DNA of 64,000 nucleotides from Hydrogenobacter sp. Lineage in GTDB: Bacteria; Aquificota; Aquificia; Aquificales; Aquificaceae. Below the pieces are notes generated by a model. That model was given only the letters and a program-made list of their open reading frames with translations. It searched no databases and had not been told where the DNA came from. The stretch lies in the NCBI GenBank assembly GCA_041287335.1, contig JBEULM010000047.1:23445-87444 (forward strand). Direction: 5' to 3'. The translations under genes and the position numbers were made by a program. Each line of letters begins with the position of its first letter. Position 1 is the first letter of the stretch. Positions 59,158 to 64,000 of this stretch are shown piece by piece.

Positions 59158-61653
59158 ATGGAGCTTGATTTAGAAAAGGGTACGGTTATACCCAAACTTA
59201 GGGAGTGGGAAAAAACTGCGTTTATATATGGCGGTGTAAATATAACCTACAAAGAACTTACGGAAAAGATAAAGTCTCTCGCTCACCTTTTGGATATAAC
59301 GCCTGATGAGAGGATAATAATAATCTGTGAAAATCGCCCCGAATGGGTGTATACACTCTTTGCGGTATGGCAGAGAGGTGGTGTGGTAGTTCCTGTGGAC
59401 TTTATGTCATCCCTTCAAGAGCTTGAGTACATATTGAGAGAGATAGAACCTTCTGCAATATTTTTCTCGGATACAACGCAAAATGTTGTCACTAAAGCTG
59501 TTGAGAACTTAGGTATATCACCACAACTTTTTAACTTTGATAGCATAGCCCCAGGTGAAAAAAAACTTGAGCGCTTTACTGTAAGATCTTTGCACGACAC
59601 AGCTCTCATACTTTACACATCCGGAACTACTGGAGAACCAAAAGGTGTAATGCTAAGCTTTAAAAACATACTTTCCAATATAAAGGCTATAGAGAAGCTC
59701 AAAATAGCTACTGAGAGGGATATTACCCTCGCTCTGCTCCCTTTCCATCACTCTTATCCGCTTATGACTACTCTGCTCGTACCTCTGTACATAGGTGCAA
59801 CAGTGGTATTTTTAGAAAAACCGAGTTCGGAGGAAATTATAAAGGCTTTGAGAGAACACAAAGTTACCATTCTGGTGGGGGTTCCCAGACTTTACCAGCT
59901 TCTGGAAAAGAGAATAAATGAGCGAATAAGTTCAAGTAGGCTGGCATCACTCTTTTTTAAGCTTTCAGGAAGCTTACCGAGATCCCTTAGAAAGATATTA
60001 TTTTGGAAGGTTCACAAAAACCTGGGAGGACACTTAAGATTTTTAGTAAGCGGAGGTGCAAAACTGCCATTGGACACAGCTCGCTTTCTTGATAGACTTG
60101 GATTTACTGTTGTGGAAGGTTATGGGCTCACGGAAACATCTCCCATAGTATCCTTCAACCCTCCGTGGAGGATAAAGCTCGGCTCCGTAGGAGTCCCTAT
60201 AGAGGAGGTTCACGTGAAGATCGAACATGATGGTGAGGTGCTCGTTCGTGGGGTCAACGTTATGCAAGGATATTTTAAAAAACCTGAAGAAACTAAGCAA
60301 GCTTTTAAGGACGGCTGGTTTCTCACTGGAGATTTAGGATACATGGATGAGGAAGGCTACCTATACATAACTGGCAGAAAAAAAGAGATTATAGTGCTTT
60401 CTGGAGGGAAAAACGTAAATCCTGAGGAGGTAGAAAACCTCCTCATGGGGAAGAGCGATGTGGTAAAAGATGTAGGAGTTTTAGAGGTAAACGGCTCTTT
60501 GCATGCGCTTGTGGTCCCAGATTTTGAAAAGGTAAAAGAGAGAGGCATTTTAAACATAAAAGAGTATATAAAGTGGAACGTTATAGATAAGGCAAACAGG
60601 GAACTTCCCGAATGGAAAAGAATAACAGGCTTTAAGTTGACAGATAAGGAACTTCCCAAAACAAGACTTGGGAAACTTAGAAGATTCCTACTGCCAAAGC
60701 TTTACATGTCTGTAGAATTCAAAGAAGAGAAAGAGAAAGTAGAAATACCATATACACAAGAGTGGGAAGTGCTATCCCAGTATCTTTTTAGGCTATCGGG
60801 TAAAAAACCGACTCCATCTGACCATATTGAGATAGATCTCGGTCTTGATTCCCTCGCAAAAGTTGAGCTTCTGAGTTTTATAGAGAACGCTTTTGGTGTA
60901 AGAGTGGAGGAAGAGGAACTTTCTTCTCACAGTATACTGTACCAGCTTGTAAACTTTATCTCTGAAAAGAAGGAAAAGATACAGATAGCGCATGTAAATT
61001 GGGAAAGTATCTTAAAATCTTCACTTCCTTACAAACTTGAGCATCATCCTGCAGTGTTTAAAATGGGACGCTTGCTTTTGCTTTTGTTTTTTAAGCTTTA
61101 TAACCGGTTGGAAGTCAAAAATCCCCATTACCTACCCAACCCACCCTATATTTTAGCTCCCAACCACGCCAGCTACCTTGACGGCTTTGTTATGGCAAGC
61201 GCTTTGCCTGAGACTGTTGCTGAAGAAACATACTTTCTCGGAGAGGAGGGATACTTTAAAAGTCCTATAACATCTCTTTTTGGAAAACTGGCTCACGTCA
61301 TAACGGTGAACTTGGACAAAAAGTTGAAGGAATCCCTTCAGAAAACCGCATGGGCGCTGAGACTTGGAAAAATTGTAGTGATATTCCCAGAAGGTGCGAG
61401 AACCCGTGACGGAAACCTATTACCCTTTAAGAAGGGTTTTGCCATACTCAGCAAAGAACTCGGTGTGCCTGTTGTACCTGTTGCCATCGTAGGAACCTAC
61501 GAATCTATGTCGCTCAGAGACAGATTTCCCAAGCCTAAGAAAATAAAAGTGATCTTTGGTAAACCCATAAATCCAGAAGATAGAACTTATGAAGAGATAG
61601 TGGAGGAAACAAAAAGACAGGTAGAAGATCTTATCAAGGAAGAAAAGAGATGA
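59158..61653 (+). CDS. Acyl-CoA/ACP synthetase - ACP - acyltransferase fusion
   Basis: YTSGTTGEPKG, GYGLTETSP, DLGLDSL (phosphopantetheine Ser), NHASYLD, FPEGAR. Confidence 0.9.
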   Translation: MELDLEKGTVIPKLREWEKTAFIYGGVNITYKELTEKIKSLAHLLDITPDERIIIICENRPEWVYTLFAVWQRGGVVVPVDFMSSLQELEYILREIEPSAIFFSDTTQNVVTKAVENLGISPQLFNFDSIAPGEKKLERFTVRSLHDTALILYTSGTTGEPKGVMLSFKNILSNIKAIEKLKIATERDITLALLPFHHSYPLMTTLLVPLYIGATVVFLEKPSSEEIIKALREHKVTILVGVPRLYQLLEKRINERISSSRLASLFFKLSGSLPRSLRKILFWKVHKNLGGHLRFLVSGGAKLPLDTARFLDRLGFTVVEGYGLTETSPIVSFNPPWRIKLGSVGVPIEEVHVKIEHDGEVLVRGVNVMQGYFKKPEETKQAFKDGWFLTGDLGYMDEEGYLYITGRKKEIIVLSGGKNVNPEEVENLLMGKSDVVKDVGVLEVNGSLHALVVPDFEKVKERGILNIKEYIKWNVIDKANRELPEWKRITGFKLTDKELPKTRLGKLRRFLLPKLYMSVEFKEEKEKVEIPYTQEWEVLSQYLFRLSGKKPTPSDHIEIDLGLDSLAKVELLSFIENAFGVRVEEEELSSHSILYQLVNFISEKKEKIQIAHVNWESILKSSLPYKLEHHPAVFKMGRLLLLLFFKLYNRLEVKNPHYLPNPPYILAPNHASYLDGFVMASALPETVAEETYFLGEEGYFKSPITSLFGKLAHVITVNLDKKLKESLQKTAWALRLGKIVVIFPEGARTRDGNLLPFKKGFAILSKELGVPVVPVAIVGTYESMSLRDRFPKPKKIKVIFGKPINPEDRTYEEIVEETKRQVEDLIKEEKR

Positions 61654-62042
61654 GGCACACATATGTAAGGAGAGTTCATTTTTACGAGACGGACGCTCAA
61701 GGGATCGTCCACCACTCCAATTACTTCAGGTACTTTGAGGAAGCGAGAGGCGAATTACTTCGTAGTTTGGGGCTTCCTTACTCCGCACTTAGGAAAGAAG
61801 GCTACGAGGTGGTACTTCTTGAAGCATCATGCGAATTTAAAAAACCCTTATTGTACGATGAAGAGGTGCATATAGAGGTATCCCTTTCCCATATGGATAA
61901 ATTTACCTTTTCCTTTGATTACAAAGTGAGTGCAGAGGGAAAATTGAGAGCTTTAGGTCATACGAGACATTGTATTCTCAAAAACTCAAAGATAATCTCA
62001 CTGCCTGTTAAAATAAAGGAACGCTTAATAAGAAGGGAATAG
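61650..62042 (+). CDS. Acyl-CoA thioesterase, YbgC/4HBT family
   Basis: VHFYETDAQGIVHHSNYFRYFEEAR. Confidence 0.9.
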   Translation: MRHTYVRRVHFYETDAQGIVHHSNYFRYFEEARGELLRSLGLPYSALRKEGYEVVLLEASCEFKKPLLYDEEVHIEVSLSHMDKFTFSFDYKVSAEGKLRALGHTRHCILKNSKIISLPVKIKERLIRRE

Positions 62043-62046
62043 GATT

Positions 62047-63225
62047 ATGGAGGAGAATTTTCTAAAAAGACGGGCTTACAAGATAGTTTTTCTTTTCGGT
62101 TTGGTCAGTCTTTTCGCTGATGTGACCTACGAGGGTGCGAGAGGTGTAATAGGTCCTTACTTGTCCCTTTTAGGTGCTTCAGCCTTTGCGGTGAGTTTTA
62201 TTGCCGGTTTAGGCGAATTTATCGGGTACGCTCTGAGATTAGTCTTTGGTTACCTTGCGGATAGAACAGGTTTTTATTGGGGGATCACCATAACGGGTTA
62301 TGCTATAAATCTCCTTGCGGTACCTCTTCTGGCTGTAGTTCCAGACTGGTATTGGGCGAGTTTTTTGCTTCTCCTTGAGAGGGCGGGAAAGTCAATAAGG
62401 GCACCATCAAGGGACGCTCTTCTGTCTTTTGTTACAAAGAGGATGGGACACGGTCTGGGTTTTGGTATACATGAATTTTTTGATCAAATCGGTGCACTTT
62501 CGGGTCCAATTTTGGTAAGCCTCATTATGTTTGCTGTCGGGAGTTACCGCACAGCCTTTTTATCCTTAGGTGTGCCGGCTTTGATGGCTCTTTTTACTCT
62601 CATATACACCAAATTAATTTATGCGGACCATATATCAAAAGAGAAAGAATCGCATACAGATCATCTGAAGGCTTCTTTCTTTATTTATGTTTTTGCTTTT
62701 TCACTCGTTGCGATGGGTTATGCGGACTTTGCTCTCATAGCTTATCACATTAAGGAAAAAGCTCTGGTTGCTGACGGATGGATCCCCCTGTTTTACGCGA
62801 CAGCCATGGGTATAGATGCTATCTTTGCTCTCATTTTCGGTATGCTTTTTGACAGGATAGGTTTTTATGCACTCATGATCGGTATACTTCTTGCGTCACC
62901 TTTCTCGCTTTTTGCCTTCTCCCAAAGTATTTCTCTGGTGTGGCTTGGCACGGTGCTTTGGGGTCTGGGTATGGGTATTCAGGAATCCATCATGAGGTCA
63001 GCCATAGCCAAACTTACACCGCCTGAGGCAAGAGGCAGAGCTTTTGGTATCTTCCACTTCTTTTACGGATTTTTTTGGTTTTTAGGAAGCGCCCTTCTTG
63101 GTTATCTGTATCAGGTATCTACTAACTACCTGATGGTCTTCTCAGTTTTCTGTCAGATCTTCTCTTTGGTACCCCTTTTCATACTCTCCAGAAGTATCTC
63201 CGCAAAGGGAAGATCCTCCGGATAA
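62047..63225 (+). CDS. MFS transporter
   Basis: About 12 TMs, LADRTG, ERAGKSIRAPSRDALL, RGRAFG. Confidence 0.9.
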   Translation: MEENFLKRRAYKIVFLFGLVSLFADVTYEGARGVIGPYLSLLGASAFAVSFIAGLGEFIGYALRLVFGYLADRTGFYWGITITGYAINLLAVPLLAVVPDWYWASFLLLLERAGKSIRAPSRDALLSFVTKRMGHGLGFGIHEFFDQIGALSGPILVSLIMFAVGSYRTAFLSLGVPALMALFTLIYTKLIYADHISKEKESHTDHLKASFFIYVFAFSLVAMGYADFALIAYHIKEKALVADGWIPLFYATAMGIDAIFALIFGMLFDRIGFYALMIGILLASPFSLFAFSQSISLVWLGTVLWGLGMGIQESIMRSAIAKLTPPEARGRAFGIFHFFYGFFWFLGSALLGYLYQVSTNYLMVFSVFCQIFSLVPLFILSRSISAKGRSSG

Positions 63226-63812
63226 GTGACCTTTATATTCCAGAAAGATCCTTCTACCACACCTACTCTGTAGCCATACCTTTCCAACAGGGAAGCATCA
63301 TCCGTTGCATAAAAACCTTCGTTTCTGGCTTTAAAATGGCACTCAAGAAGTACTCTTCTGATAAAAGCCTGAGGTGTCTGTGAAAGCCACACATTCGTCC
63401 TATCCAAAGTTCTCACAACCATATCGCCAGCAACCTCTTTAAGCGTGTCCCTTGAAGGTACAGCTGTTATCTTTCCGTGATAACCATCAAGCTGGGATAC
63501 CTTCTTAAAGAGTTCAGCGTCTGCAAGAGGTCTTGCGCAGTCATGAACTATAACGATCTCGCCTTTGGCTTGTAGCAAACCTTCAAGCACGGAATCTTGC
63601 CTCTCCTTACCACCCTTTACCTTCTGAACACCAGCCTGCACCTTTATCCTTTCTATATCTTCTTCTGGAAGTACCAAAATAACCTCTTCAAACCTTCCTA
63701 CAACCTTTTCTAAGGAGTGAAGGTAAAGGGGTTTCCCCGCAAGCTCAACAAACTGTTTCTTTCCACCAAAGCGCCTTCCTTCTCCGGCTGAAAGTAGGAT
63801 GACGCTTATCAT
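63153..63812 (-). CDS. ispD: 2-C-methyl-D-erythritol 4-phosphate cytidylyltransferase
   Basis: SAGEGRRFG..KQF, GGKERQDSV, VHDCARP, QTPQAF, TDDASL, KVTYPEDL. Confidence 0.96.
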   Translation of the reverse strand: MISVILLSAGEGRRFGGKKQFVELAGKPLYLHSLEKVVGRFEEVILVLPEEDIERIKVQAGVQKVKGGKERQDSVLEGLLQAKGEIVIVHDCARPLADAELFKKVSQLDGYHGKITAVPSRDTLKEVAGDMVVRTLDRTNVWLSQTPQAFIRRVLLECHFKARNEGFYATDDASLLERYGYRVGVVEGSFWNIKVTYPEDLPFAEILLESMKRGTKEKI

Positions 63813-64000
63813 TCCTCTTTTAACTGCTCTATCCTCTCCTTTATACCCTTTTTGAAGCTCTCCTCCAGAGGGATCTCCGAAGAGAAAAAGTACTGACCGC
63901 TCTTTTCAAGAACCATAGCGATGAGCTTAAGTCCCTTCACTTCACTCTCTAAGGCTTCTCTCGTTGTTCTATCCAAGAACTTCTTTACACTCTCAGCGTT
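63809..64000 (-). CDS. 3' part of a gene running off the window (unknown product)
   Basis: Open frame NAESVKKFLDRTTREALESEVKGLKLIAMVLEKSGQYFFSSEIPLEESFKKGIKERIEQLKEE* with ATGA overlap on ispD. Confidence 0.65.
   Translation of the reverse strand, partial: NAESVKKFLDRTTREALESEVKGLKLIAMVLEKSGQYFFSSEIPLEESFKKGIKERIEQLKEE

Overview
Compact, gene-dense chromosomal segment from a member of the Aquificaceae (Hydrogenobacter-like by inference: Aquifex-type aconitase, split fumarase, mdh, a stand-alone SucD/CcsB-like gene, a DHH-CBS A-adding tRNA nucleotidyltransferase, and SecA with the Aquificae/Thermotogae insert). Most of the window is shuffled housekeeping content: purA, pyrD, tatAABC, folC, engB, [NiFe]-hydrogenase subunits, tamB, lnt, xth, hup, dnaN, rplM-rpsI-argC, tig-clpP-clpX-skp-lpxD, acn-mdh-fumA, infC, accA, secA, mreBCD, relA, dapB, mnmG, thiC, ispD, and three tRNAs (His, Val, Ser). 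Signals not explained by the ORF track: (1) a rhodanese-like gene read through an in-frame TGA in a C-x-U motif with a SECIS-like hairpin (probable selenoprotein, 25999-26319); (2) an IS982-like element with a 23-27 bp target duplication that copies an extended -10 box of the tRNA-Val promoter, plus three degenerate solo copies of its end in other promoter regions; (3) a GC-rich, multiply-pairing ~90 nt intergenic RNA candidate (8772-8862); (4) an MglB-DUF4388-MglA GTPase module; (5) two small ORFs missed by the track (a second TatA and a 31-aa membrane peptide); (6) a tRNA-Val(GAC) with C33; (7) widespread apparent leaderless promoters. No CRISPR array, prophage or rRNA was seen. All family assignments are from motif recognition by eye; no database search was run.
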